Source: an uncultured Bifidobacteriales bacterium (lineage in GTDB: Bacteria > Fibrobacterota > Fibrobacteria > UBA11236 > JADFYW01). From it: a stretch of DNA of 61,104 bases. Positions 19,647-29,098 of the stretch are shown one piece after another; within the stretch, counting starts at the first letter, position 1; each line of letters opens with the position of its first letter. Position numbers and translations under genes: made by a program. Under the pieces are notes generated by a model. The model worked only from the letters and a program-made list of their open reading frames with translations. It made no database searches and had not been told where the DNA came from. Location of the stretch: the NCBI GenBank assembly GCA_964603925.1, contig CAZRWX010000002.1:1-61104 (forward strand). Reading direction: 5' to 3'.

Positions 19647-20480
19647 TTGTCGCTTATTGTTTGGTTCATGATTATTAATTACCAGCATAAGGCCTGTCCT
19701 CACGCTTATGTTGAAGGGCTTTATCTGTACCTGATGGCCGCAGTCCTGATTTTTGCACCTTTGGCTTTTTCTCAGCCCCTGCAGACTGGCGGTGGTAGCT
19801 TTGTTATCGAGATAGATACAGCTCAAAGCAAAAATATCAGTAAATCATTGGGTATGGCCCTCATGCTGTCGGCCCTTATGCCTGGCGGCGGTGAGCTTTA
19901 TCTCCAGGAGAAGGAGCTGGCCAAACCTTTTGTCCTGGTGGAGGCTGGTTTTTGGGCGGGTCTTTTTTTCTCCATAATGGCAAGGGACTCTTACCTGCAG
20001 TCTGCCCGGCATTATGCTTCAGCGTATGCGGGTATTGACGCTGGAACCAAAGATGATAAGTTCCTGTCCACCATGATCAAGTACCGCTCTTACCAGGAGA
20101 TACATCACCGCAGGGACAGCTATGAACAGATGCAAATTTTAAGCGGTCATCGTGATCAGGACTACGATATCCCTCCCCGGGAGGAGAACTACTGGGACTT
20201 TGGCAGTCCAGTGGTACAGGAAAATACCGATAACTGGCGGCGGTTTCGCACCTCCATGAGCGCCTATGGCTGGGCAAAGGTGGCTGTAACCTGGGCTGTG
20301 GGCGGTTTGGCTCTGGGTCGTGTGGCCTCTCTGGCTAATACCCTGCACCTTTATCGTGTTACCTCAGTTAAGGGTCTCACACAGGGCAATCAGGCACCCT
20401 CTCCTGCAGTTACCTGGGTCATGACGCCTCTTCTTAACGGGCCCGAAGGGGCCGGTATGCAGTTATTATTATCATTCTAA
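19647..20480 (+). CDS. DUF5683-like membrane protein
   Basis: SALMPGGGELYLQEK motif plus TM, with the same architecture as the upstream gene. The likely true start is ATG 19734 (MAAVLIFAPLAFSQP signal-like). Confidence 0.5.
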   Translation: MSLIVWFMIINYQHKACPHAYVEGLYLYLMAAVLIFAPLAFSQPLQTGGGSFVIEIDTAQSKNISKSLGMALMLSALMPGGGELYLQEKELAKPFVLVEAGFWAGLFFSIMARDSYLQSARHYASAYAGIDAGTKDDKFLSTMIKYRSYQEIHHRRDSYEQMQILSGHRDQDYDIPPREENYWDFGSPVVQENTDNWRRFRTSMSAYGWAKVAVTWAVGGLALGRVASLANTLHLYRVTSVKGLTQGNQAPSPAVTWVMTPLLNGPEGAGMQLLLSF

Positions 20481-20550
20481 AACTCAGGGGTCTTTCGCTC
20501 TGCCCGGGTCTTTTATAGCACTGGGATATTTTCTCTTTTAAGGTGGGACA

Positions 20551-22413
20551 ATGAAAAAACTTCGGGAAAAACTGGAAAAACTTAAAGGCAGAAGTTACGG
20601 TGGCTATAAAAGTCTGCGGGGCCTTTATTCATTTGTCGATTTTGGTCTGGCTTTTGAGCATATACAAAGCGACCCTTTTGCCACACCCTCCAGCGGTGCC
20701 ATTCGCATACCATTTGATAAATGCGGCTATCCCCGGGAATGGCTTACATCCGCTTTGCATCAGGTGCCTTTGGGCGATTTTATTCACCGGCGCCTCCATC
20801 ATCATTTTAAGAATTTACCACATGGTCAAGGTACAGGCACTGGGGGTACATTTATCCTGCCTATACCCCGGCAGCAAATATTACATCGTACCGTAGTCAG
20901 TTTCAGTGACGATCATATGGTGATACGCTTTCGCTTTGGGCTGCCTGCTGAGGACCGGCGTATCAATATCGAGGCAGCCTCAGAAATGTTTTTTGGCTAT
21001 TTACCCGATTGGGTGCAGACCTGTTGCTTTATGAATGAAGAAGTCAGGCAGGAGCTGGAAGATCATATCACTCTCTATCTGCGTCAGCGCGAATTACAGG
21101 CCATGCTGCCGGTACAGGGTCTGGCCGCCTTCATACCCAATGGCGCTCTTTTACCCAGGGCATCGGGCCGCTCCGACAAGCCTCTGGGCCCAAAGACTAC
21201 GGTACCTTTCCTGTCACCACCCAGTCTGGAGCGTACTATTACTCTTAAGGACGGCACAGTTTTAACAGGTATGGGTGTGAGCGCGGGCATTACGCTATTA
21301 GTGGGGGGGGGCTTTCATGGTAAATCTACGGTGCTGGAGGCCCTGGAGTTAGGCATATACCCCCATATTAAAGATGACGGCAGGGAGTTTGTATGCTCCC
21401 TGGAGCAGACCGTAAAAGTCCGATCAGAAAACGGCCGTCAGGTTAGTAATGTAAATATTGAACCATTTATTAAAAATCTGCCCCAGGGCGCGGATACCAG
21501 GTGCTTTTCAACTTCCAACGCCTCTGGCAGCACCAGTCAGGCCGCTGACATTATAGAGTCTGTGAATGCGGGCGCCCGTACTTTATTAATGGATGAGGAT
21601 ACTTGTGCCACTAATTTTATGATTAGAGATGAAAAGATGTCTGCGCTTATTGCTAAAGAGGACGAGCCTATTACACCCTTTATAGATTGTGTAGAGGATA
21701 TATATGCCCGGGGCGGAGTCTCCACTATTCTGGTTATAGGCGGGGTGGGCGATTATTTTCAGCACGCTCACTGTGTTATTGGCATGAAAAACTACCTGCC
21801 ATCCGACCTTACTGCTAAAGCAAGAGCAATTGCCGGTGTGGGCGCGGCTGCCGGTCAGGCAGGGGTAACTTCTGAACGTGCTGATGAACCGGCAAATATT
21901 CCCACAGCACCAGTTGCTGACACTGGTTCGGCACAAACCTCTCAGGAAGAGTCAATTACTCAGACAGAACAAATTAATCCTGACGATTCCTTATCGCTAA
22001 CGGCCCCAGAAACTAAAACGGGAGCATTCGCGGCGCCGGTAACTTTAAAAGAAGATTTATTCAAGGACCCCCGCCGTTTTGTACCTCCCACTAAAAGTAC
22101 ACCCAGGGACAAAAATAAAATTAAGGTTCGGGGCAGAGAATCCCTCAGGGTGGGGGCCCTGGAGACAGACATATCCAGTCTGGGGCAAGTGGTATGCCAG
22201 GAGCAGTTCCTGGCTATCGGTCAAATGATCTCAGACATCCTGCGTCAAGGGGAAACAGTGGACATAACCTACTTAAAACAGTTTACCAGCTCTATCTCAA
22301 ACAACGACTTCTCTGTACTTAGTTCCAAACGCTGCGACTTTGCGGGTTTCCGCCTGCTGGATTTACTCGCTGTACTTAACCGTACACCGGGTTTTAAGGT
22401 GGAGAAGGCTTGA
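20551..22413 (+). CDS. ABC_ATPase-domain protein (predicted ATPase of the ABC class, PF09818-like)
   Basis: N-terminal YGGYKSLRGLYSFVDFGLAFEHIQSDPFATPS matches my memory of the family. Walker A-like GGGFHGKST and an LLMDEDTCATN Walker B-like motif. There is a low-complexity insert around residues 430-500. Confidence 0.7.
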   Translation: MKKLREKLEKLKGRSYGGYKSLRGLYSFVDFGLAFEHIQSDPFATPSSGAIRIPFDKCGYPREWLTSALHQVPLGDFIHRRLHHHFKNLPHGQGTGTGGTFILPIPRQQILHRTVVSFSDDHMVIRFRFGLPAEDRRINIEAASEMFFGYLPDWVQTCCFMNEEVRQELEDHITLYLRQRELQAMLPVQGLAAFIPNGALLPRASGRSDKPLGPKTTVPFLSPPSLERTITLKDGTVLTGMGVSAGITLLVGGGFHGKSTVLEALELGIYPHIKDDGREFVCSLEQTVKVRSENGRQVSNVNIEPFIKNLPQGADTRCFSTSNASGSTSQAADIIESVNAGARTLLMDEDTCATNFMIRDEKMSALIAKEDEPITPFIDCVEDIYARGGVSTILVIGGVGDYFQHAHCVIGMKNYLPSDLTAKARAIAGVGAAAGQAGVTSERADEPANIPTAPVADTGSAQTSQEESITQTEQINPDDSLSLTAPETKTGAFAAPVTLKEDLFKDPRRFVPPTKSTPRDKNKIKVRGRESLRVGALETDISSLGQVVCQEQFLAIGQMISDILRQGETVDITYLKQFTSSISNNDFSVLSSKRCDFAGFRLLDLLAVLNRTPGFKVEKA

Positions 22414-22635
22414 AATAATTATGAATTATGAATTGTATAGTGTCGCTATGCTATTGTAGTTTTCTTTCTGCGTAATTGTAAATACAGGCGAACGCTGTCT
22501 CCACCAGACCCCGTAGCCCCGGGAGCCTTTGTCTTTTTATCAGGTAGATGGATAAATATGGCAGATGCTTTCCGGGGGTGGGTGTGTGCGGGCTGTGTTT
22601 GTGGCCCTTGCGCGAGTATATACAGTATTTCACGA

Positions 22636-23199
22636 TTATTTACCTTTGCATACAACTGCCGTTTGCTGTTTAAGCCAGGCAGCGGCCCGGTCTCTGGCAT
22701 CTTCCAGAGCACCCTCAGCTGTGGAAAAGTAATACTGCCTGTTGCTGCGGCCAGCGAAAATGTCGCCGCTGCCGGGGTTAGAATTAAAAGTAACTGCCTG
22801 TGGTAGACGGCGATTAAATACTTTTAAAATTGGCTCCTGTTTCTGTAAGCTGCGGGTGGTGACTATAATAAGCTCCCGCTGGGACATTATATAATTTATT
22901 ACAATGGAGGCACTGTAGGTTTTTACAAACTTATTGACTCCCCTCTCCCCGTTTATTTCTTTGAGAAACAGTGTCCGGGGTATAACTTCAGCTTCCAGGA
23001 CTTCTGTACCAGGTAGAGCTTCTACACATTCTTCCAATAGCTCCTTTCTTATTCTGGTCTTGCCGTCCGATGTTGCATTGGCACTGATCAAGGTTATGTT
23101 TTTATCACTTTCTTCGTTATCTTTGGTGCCTGCATAGGTCGTCAGGCTCAAGGCCGATATGGCTGCGGCACAGATGATGTATCTTTTTGTTGTGTTCAT
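22636..23199 (-). CDS. Secreted/lipoprotein-like protein of unknown function
   Basis: Internal ATG at 23199 (MNTTKRYIICAAAISALSL signal) preceded by GGAGAAA. No recognisable domain. Confidence 0.5.
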   Translation of the reverse strand: MNTTKRYIICAAAISALSLTTYAGTKDNEESDKNITLISANATSDGKTRIRKELLEECVEALPGTEVLEAEVIPRTLFLKEINGERGVNKFVKTYSASIVINYIMSQRELIIVTTRSLQKQEPILKVFNRRLPQAVTFNSNPGSGDIFAGRSNRQYYFSTAEGALEDARDRAAAWLKQQTAVVCKGK

Positions 23200-23236
23200 G
23201 GTGTTTCTCCCAGGCTGGGGTTTAAATATTTCCTGT

Positions 23237-23797
23237 TTATCTATAGTTGAGCTTTTTAACATGGCTGAACCTGTCCTTGAAAAGAAATCCTATATCAATA
23301 CCTATTCCCTGGTCGCGGGCAGCATTGCCCACAAGGTGGTATGGTACTCTTATTCTTATCTGCATAGCGTCGGTAAGGTCCAGAAGCATACCCATGTGTA
23401 TGGTTGCTGATGGGCCAAAATTCTGCCCGAAATTTTGGCCTTCTTTGTCCAGTATGTGTATGCCCACTCCCATGCCCATAAGGGGCTTTACCGGCCCGTC
23501 GGCCAGCAGTAGGTCAAAGCCCATGTCCATCCCGGAATTATTGCCCGGAGCTAACCAGTCAAAGTCCATGAAAAGGCTGGCATTATTAGAGAAGTAAAGT
23601 GTATTTATAAATGATAGTTTCATAAATTGCTCTGATTTCTCTCTTAGTTCAGGGTTAAGGGCGTAAATTGCTCCTATTCCAAAGCCGCCGCTGTATGCGG
23701 TTACAGGCGAAGTGGGAACTCCCTTTTCAGACTGGTCAGCAGCAAATAAAGTTCCAGAAAAAAGCAATAATGTTGTGAGAATAGGTATGAGTTTCAT
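23237..23797 (-). CDS. Small outer-membrane beta-barrel-like protein
   Basis: Signal peptide MKLIPILTTLLLFSGTLFA and alternating Gly/aromatic beta-strand-like segments. ATG at 23797; the track ORF extends to 23821. Confidence 0.45.
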   Translation of the reverse strand: MKLIPILTTLLLFSGTLFAADQSEKGVPTSPVTAYSGGFGIGAIYALNPELREKSEQFMKLSFINTLYFSNNASLFMDFDWLAPGNNSGMDMGFDLLLADGPVKPLMGMGVGIHILDKEGQNFGQNFGPSATIHMGMLLDLTDAMQIRIRVPYHLVGNAARDQGIGIDIGFLFKDRFSHVKKLNYR

Positions 23798-23907
23798 TTT
23801 TCCTGCCTTGTTTTGTGTCATTTAACCATAGACGCATCCAGGGCAAAATTCCGCTCATTCTTTTTTTCGGATGGAATACAAATCAATTACCGGGTTCAAG
23901 AACGCCG

Positions 23908-23988
23908 CCTTGCTATAACTTCGACTCAATGTCCTTTGTGCCTCTGGACGGGTGCTAAGAGTGACAAAGAGGCGCTCAGCATGAGCGG
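23908..23988 (-). repeat. Short palindromic repeat, family F2 copy b
   Basis: On the minus strand: CCGCTCATGCTGAGCG, a 46-nt spacer, AGTCGAAG, TTATAG, CAAGG. A second hairpin CCCGC-taca-GCGGG lies next to it at 23995-24008. Confidence 0.45.
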
Positions 23989-24060
23989 TGGGGGCCCGCT
24001 ACAGCGGGAGGATGATGAGGACAGAAAACCGCGAATATTTCCTAACTATTGTAAAAAAAA

Positions 24061-25389
24061 TTACAGATTTTCTACAGCCATGGATGCCAGACGGGAACGT
24101 TCGCTCTTTGAAAAGAACATATGGCCCACTATCTCCTGCTTTTTGAGACGTTCAACTGCGTAACTGAGACCATTGGAATTAGTGTCCAGGTAGGGGTTGT
24201 CAATCTGTTCGGGATCGCCGGTAAGCACCACTTTAGTGCCATCCCCGGCGCGGGATACGATAGTTTTTATCTCGTGAGGGGTAAGATTCTGGGCTTCGTC
24301 AACAATTAGAAACTGGTTTGCTATACTGCGTCCCCGTATATAAGTAAGAGCCTCAATCTCCAATACATTGGTTTGCTGGAGTTCTTCCACCTTCAGAGGC
24401 TTCGGCCTTTTTTTGCCGGTGCTCTGGGTAACATTTTTCTCCCGGGACAGGATAAAATCCAGATTATCAAATATTGGCTGCATCCAGTAACTCATTTTTT
24501 GGTCTTTGCTGCCGGGGAGGTAGCCGATATCTCGGCCTAGAGGTATTACGGGCCTGGCAATAAGAACCTTGTCGTAGAGGGGTTTGTTGCCAACCACCTG
24601 CTCCAGGGCGCAAGCCAGGGATAACAGAGTTTTACCGGTACCAGCCTGGCCTAGAAATGTTATCAACTCTATTTCAGGATTAAGGAGCATATCAAAGGCA
24701 AACTGCTGCTCCATATTTATGGGCTTAATACCAAATGCGCTATACTTTTCCTCTATTGTGCGCAAACCCTCTTTTTTATAGTCCCATTTACAGAGAGTGT
24801 GAGAAGCCTCTTTGTTATCATTTAATATTACCCTGGCAAACTCATTTGGTTGGAAAGAAACACCCTTGGGCGCAAACTGCCCATCATTATACAAATTGCT
24901 CAGTTCTTCCTGGGGGACCTCAACTTGCCGCCAACCCTTGTACAGGTTGTGATATTCCACCTTCTGTTTTTCGTAGTCCTGGGTTTTTAGCCCGACGGCA
25001 AAAGCGCGAATGCGGGCATTGACGTCTTTAGATATAAAGAAGACACTTTCGCCATTTTGTTGAATGTCCAGGGCGCATGCAATGATGCGGCTGTCGGGCA
25101 TGCTCATGTCCAGTTCGGGTATTTTATTGGCGTCAGGGGCAAACGCTATGCGCATTTTACCTCCGTTCTGCATTTTGGCCCCTTTGACCAGGGCACCTTT
25201 CTTAATGAGGCCGTCTATCTCACGAAGAACCTGTCGGGCATGCATACCATTCTTGTCTGAGCCTGTTTTAAACCTGTCGAGCTCCTCAATAACCATAAGA
25301 GGGATTACAACGGTATTGTCCGCAAAGGAAAAAAGACTGGCGGGATTATGAAGGAGAACGTTTGTGTCAAGGACAAAATTTTTAGCCAT
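24061..25389 (-). CDS. PhoH2-type protein (N-terminal PIN domain fused to PhoH-like ATPase)
   Basis: FVLDTNVLLH PIN start, Walker A GQAGTGKT, and a FLIVDEAQNLT Walker B typical of PhoH/YlaK. Confidence 0.9.
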   Translation of the reverse strand: MAKNFVLDTNVLLHNPASLFSFADNTVVIPLMVIEELDRFKTGSDKNGMHARQVLREIDGLIKKGALVKGAKMQNGGKMRIAFAPDANKIPELDMSMPDSRIIACALDIQQNGESVFFISKDVNARIRAFAVGLKTQDYEKQKVEYHNLYKGWRQVEVPQEELSNLYNDGQFAPKGVSFQPNEFARVILNDNKEASHTLCKWDYKKEGLRTIEEKYSAFGIKPINMEQQFAFDMLLNPEIELITFLGQAGTGKTLLSLACALEQVVGNKPLYDKVLIARPVIPLGRDIGYLPGSKDQKMSYWMQPIFDNLDFILSREKNVTQSTGKKRPKPLKVEELQQTNVLEIEALTYIRGRSIANQFLIVDEAQNLTPHEIKTIVSRAGDGTKVVLTGDPEQIDNPYLDTNSNGLSYAVERLKKQEIVGHMFFSKSERSRLASMAVENL

Positions 25390-25635
25390 TAATGGAACTC
25401 CAAATATCGTGTTTAGGGAATTATGAGAGCATTAAGAGAATATAAAATTATGGGATATTGGAGGTGATAAAAATCGTCAGGACTTGAAATTTCCTTGATT
25501 TCGGAGTTTTCAGGAGGTTTTACACCATTATTTAATCCTTTAAAGGCGTCGTGAAAAAAGAAAGGCTGACTGGGTATTGTCAATCTGGAATATTTTAATA
25601 TTACCTACGACCAGCATAAAAATTATGTTAAAATC

Positions 25636-26466
25636 GTGAAAAAGAATGTCAATTCTTATTATATCCAAGCTGAGGAATACCGGCGGCAGGGGGAGTACAA
25701 AAAAGCCATTAGTCTCTATAAAAAAGAGATAAATACAGGCAATGCTCCCACCGATGTATACAATGGTCTGGGTAATGCTTTTTATAAAATCGGGGATCTC
25801 ACCAAAGCCATCAACGCCTTTAAACAGGCTATCAAATCAAAGACAAATGACTCTCGCGCCTGGTATAACCTGGGTGTGGTCTTCCATGAGCAGGACAAAT
25901 GTCAAGAGGCCCTTAATGCTTACCGTAAGGCCGTAAAGTGTAAGGACAATGATCCCTATACCTGGTACAATATGGGTCTGGTGCATTTAAGTATGGGCAA
26001 CTTTAAGGAGGCTCTCACTGCTCTGGACAAATCTCTCAACCTGGACGATGCCTTCTCCCGCGCCTGGTATAACCGCGGTGTAGCCATGGAGGCATTATAT
26101 CGTTATGATGAGGCCATCAAATCTTTTGATAGAGCCTTGTTAATCGATCCGGGTTATGACCGTGCCTGGTTTGGTAAAGCCAATGTATTCGATGCACTGG
26201 GTTATTATGATCAAGCCTTGGACTGCTTTGATAAATCAATAGCCCTTAACCGGCGGGAGGCCTCCTTCTGGTATAACAAAGGCATTTTGTGTGATCGGCT
26301 TTCTCAGTTTGAGGTAGCACTGGATGCCTATGAACATGCGCTCCAGATAGATGACAGCCTTGTGGATGCCTGGCATAATAAAGGCGCAGTCCTGGGGGAT
26401 CTCGGTCGGGATAAAGAGGCTGAAGAGGCCTTTAAAGAAGCCAGGAAGCGTCAGAATAATCTCTGA
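25636..26466 (+). CDS. Tetratricopeptide repeat protein
   Basis: About seven consecutive 34-aa repeats with W/Y-YN-LG-x-A...A-x-x-A spacing. GTG start without a clear SD. Confidence 0.85.
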   Translation: MKKNVNSYYIQAEEYRRQGEYKKAISLYKKEINTGNAPTDVYNGLGNAFYKIGDLTKAINAFKQAIKSKTNDSRAWYNLGVVFHEQDKCQEALNAYRKAVKCKDNDPYTWYNMGLVHLSMGNFKEALTALDKSLNLDDAFSRAWYNRGVAMEALYRYDEAIKSFDRALLIDPGYDRAWFGKANVFDALGYYDQALDCFDKSIALNRREASFWYNKGILCDRLSQFEVALDAYEHALQIDDSLVDAWHNKGAVLGDLGRDKEAEEAFKEARKRQNNL

Positions 26467-26474
26467 GCCTGACT

Positions 26475-26600
26475 TCAGCCTGACATACCGCCTTGTAGCA
26501 CCATGACTTTTTTTTTACCACCATACCTTCGGGCTGTGGTATAAGTATGTCCGCTATAGTCATCAATTTTCTGATCAATTCGTGAATGTTTTTGTGGCAT
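26475..26600 (-). CDS. Candidate 41-aa basic small protein
   Basis: ATG preceded by AAGGAGGTG with the same short spacing as recA. The peptide is MPQKHSRIDQKIDDYSGHTYTTARRYGGKKKVMVLQGGMSG. It is below the track cutoff and has no homology support. Confidence 0.3.
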   Translation of the reverse strand: MPQKHSRIDQKIDDYSGHTYTTARRYGGKKKVMVLQGGMSG

Positions 26601-26690
26601 AACACCTCCTTTATACGTATACATTGCATGGTGTAGCCCGTTTCTTTTGAAGGTTAATCTTTGACTCCCCCGTAATAGAGGAATAACTTC

Positions 26691-28100
26691 CTACTTCAGA
26701 TAAGACACAAACCCGTTTTTGCTTTTTTTAGAATAGATAATACCGAAAGCAGGCAGGGACATGCCCTCAGAGTCGGTAATATTGCAGTAAGGAGATGTAC
26801 CGTTACCGTAAAATATTGCCGGGGCATTTGGGACGTCATAATTTACATCGGCCTCTAATACGATTTTTTTACCCTCCAGCCGGATTTTAAAAGGGTCCTG
26901 GTTATAACCATTGCTCCAGTAGAGGTTAAAGCCCGACGGCAGGCCCTGGCTGGTAAGGCTGCCCTTAACATTGTCGAATAGAATTTCGGGGTTGGGGGGG
27001 CCGCCCGGGAAATTGTTGGGTACAAGCTTAAGGGATTTAACCTCGATACTCTTACGGCCTTTGCTTTTTGGCCCTGCCGCCAGCGCGGCGGCTTTTGCCA
27101 GGCGCGGCCCCAAAATTTTGTGGCCTGTCGCTCCAATGTGTATGGCGTCATCCAGCTGCAGGTCGATGGATGGCACCATGGTAAAGTGCTTAATTTTGCC
27201 GGGTAGAAGGCGCTGCTGCTCCCGGATGCTTGCCCAGTGGGGGCCAAGGTCGCCAAAATAAACTTTGCTGATTTGCACAATTATCCAGGGCAGGGAAGGT
27301 TGTTTAAAATGATGACGGATGGAAGCTACAAGCTCTATCATCTTTCCGGTGTAATCACCTACAGACTCGGGGCCGCTGTCGGACTCGCCCTGGTACCACA
27401 ACATACCGGCAACCGGCTGACCCAGCAGTTTAACCCTGCGCAACATGGCACCCAAAAGGCACCCACCCCCTTTATGAAGCAGTGATGGTGACCATTCCCA
27501 CATACTTGAGCCGCCTTTGGCGCAGGGTATAAGACCCTGGGGGACCCCTGTCTGCTTATAACGCTCCAGAGCAAAAAAAAGCCCCGGGCCCACACCCTTT
27601 AAATTATTGCGGTTTTTGATAACCTCCTCGGGCTCTACCCGGTCGGGCCAGTGACTAAAAATAGTATCGTGTGCTTCAAAGTAGTTGTGCATGGGGTCTT
27701 TGGCCTTGAGCCATTTATCGGCCAGGGAAAAATACCTTACCATGGGGTGGGGTGCGGCCTGACCTGACCTGTTACCACAGCCCTGCATATTAGACTGACC
27801 ACCAAGCACCCAGACGTCGCCGGCATATATTTTTTTAATTAAAAGAGGCTTATGGTTGTTTATGCGAAACTCCAGATTGTAGGGGCCGCCGGTTTTAAGA
27901 CGTATCTTTGCATGCCATTTGCCTTTGGCTGCCAGACCGGCTTTTTGCCATTTGGCGCCTGCCGCCCTGCTGCCCTGGCTTGTGGCATGGTAGTATACAA
28001 TGCCACAAGTCCCGGCCAGGCCCTGGATGCTGGCCGTGGCGAAACCGGATCTACCCCTTTGTAATACCTGCCCCTCTAACAGGCCTGATGATAATCTCAT
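26691..28100 (-). CDS. Sialate O-acetylesterase-like (SASA/DUF303) protein
   Basis: GDVWVLGGQSNMQG catalytic-Ser motif, WYQGESD, and an N-terminal GQVLQRG beta-sandwich region. No signal peptide is visible. Confidence 0.8.
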   Translation of the reverse strand: MRLSSGLLEGQVLQRGRSGFATASIQGLAGTCGIVYYHATSQGSRAAGAKWQKAGLAAKGKWHAKIRLKTGGPYNLEFRINNHKPLLIKKIYAGDVWVLGGQSNMQGCGNRSGQAAPHPMVRYFSLADKWLKAKDPMHNYFEAHDTIFSHWPDRVEPEEVIKNRNNLKGVGPGLFFALERYKQTGVPQGLIPCAKGGSSMWEWSPSLLHKGGGCLLGAMLRRVKLLGQPVAGMLWYQGESDSGPESVGDYTGKMIELVASIRHHFKQPSLPWIIVQISKVYFGDLGPHWASIREQQRLLPGKIKHFTMVPSIDLQLDDAIHIGATGHKILGPRLAKAAALAAGPKSKGRKSIEVKSLKLVPNNFPGGPPNPEILFDNVKGSLTSQGLPSGFNLYWSNGYNQDPFKIRLEGKKIVLEADVNYDVPNAPAIFYGNGTSPYCNITDSEGMSLPAFGIIYSKKSKNGFVSYLK

Positions 28101-28263
28101 TATAAACTCACCTTTTTGACTGAGGAAAAAAGATAATTAAAATATGGGTAAAAACCCTGTATAATAGCTGCGGTATACAAACCGCGCCCATGAACAGCTT
28201 TGCGGTATTACAGCCCAGCCGCTATAAGCGGCATCGGGGGATATCTTAAGCATTACATCGCTT

Positions 28264-28915
28264 ATGGAAGATTCGGCCGTCCATTGGATATGGATTGCAT
28301 CTCCAACTTTTAAAACATCGCCGGGTTGTAGCGTGCCCAAGGCTACAGCTTTTCGCATATTGGGTTCACTGGTAGACAGGGGCTGGCTTAATAAAAATAC
28401 AGATAAGTCCTACAAAGGGCAGTTTGCAATCTCCCAACTATATGTCAAATGAGTATCTGGAGCAGTCTCTTGCACGGCTTGTAGAAGCCACCGGGCAAAC
28501 GGCTGAGGTGCTCGTTATAAACGGTCAAAAATTGTGGTGGCGCTTTATCCGCGAGTCCCCAAATCTTTATATCAGGAAAAAGGCACAGAAGGGCGCGCAG
28601 CGCGACTTGTATGAGCTGGATGCGCTGGTGAGGCTGAGCCTTTCCAGCCTGGGTGAGGAGAAGGCAGCTGAGAGCTTCAATCAGGAAGGCTTTTTTGTCT
28701 GTAAAGAGGACGATAAAAAGGTGCCCTGGCAAAAGGTTCGCGCCGTTATTTCCAATACTAATCCCGATGATGTTTGTTTTGACAGAGGCGGCAACCAGAA
28801 CAGCATAAGGCGTTTTGTCATTATACTAAACCGGGGGCTTGGCGGCCCCACCGTTATGCTCTCTATTGCCGAGGCCGCTCTGATAAAACCTGAGGCGCAT
28901 TTTTTATGGTTTTGA
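28264..28915 (+). pseudogene. IclR-like regulator remnant, frameshifted
   Basis: The HTH-like segment PKATAFRILGSLVDRGWL (frame of 28264-28452) and the effector-domain-like ORF 28424-28915 (LARLVEATGQTAEVLVING...) are in different frames, meeting near 28440. The N-terminus also looks truncated. Confidence 0.3.
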
Positions 28916-29098
28916 GGTTAACAAACTTATAGTTTTACTTTGTGTTTTTTCAAATTATATCCTGATTTCCCTGAAATTCTCTTAATTTCCTAAAAAAGCC
29001 CTGTCGGTAGAGCGCGCACAATTTAAATTATATGACAGGAAACAACAGCTTAATCATTTTTATCAGTTTAACATATACCTTGTTTATGGAGGTTTTAC

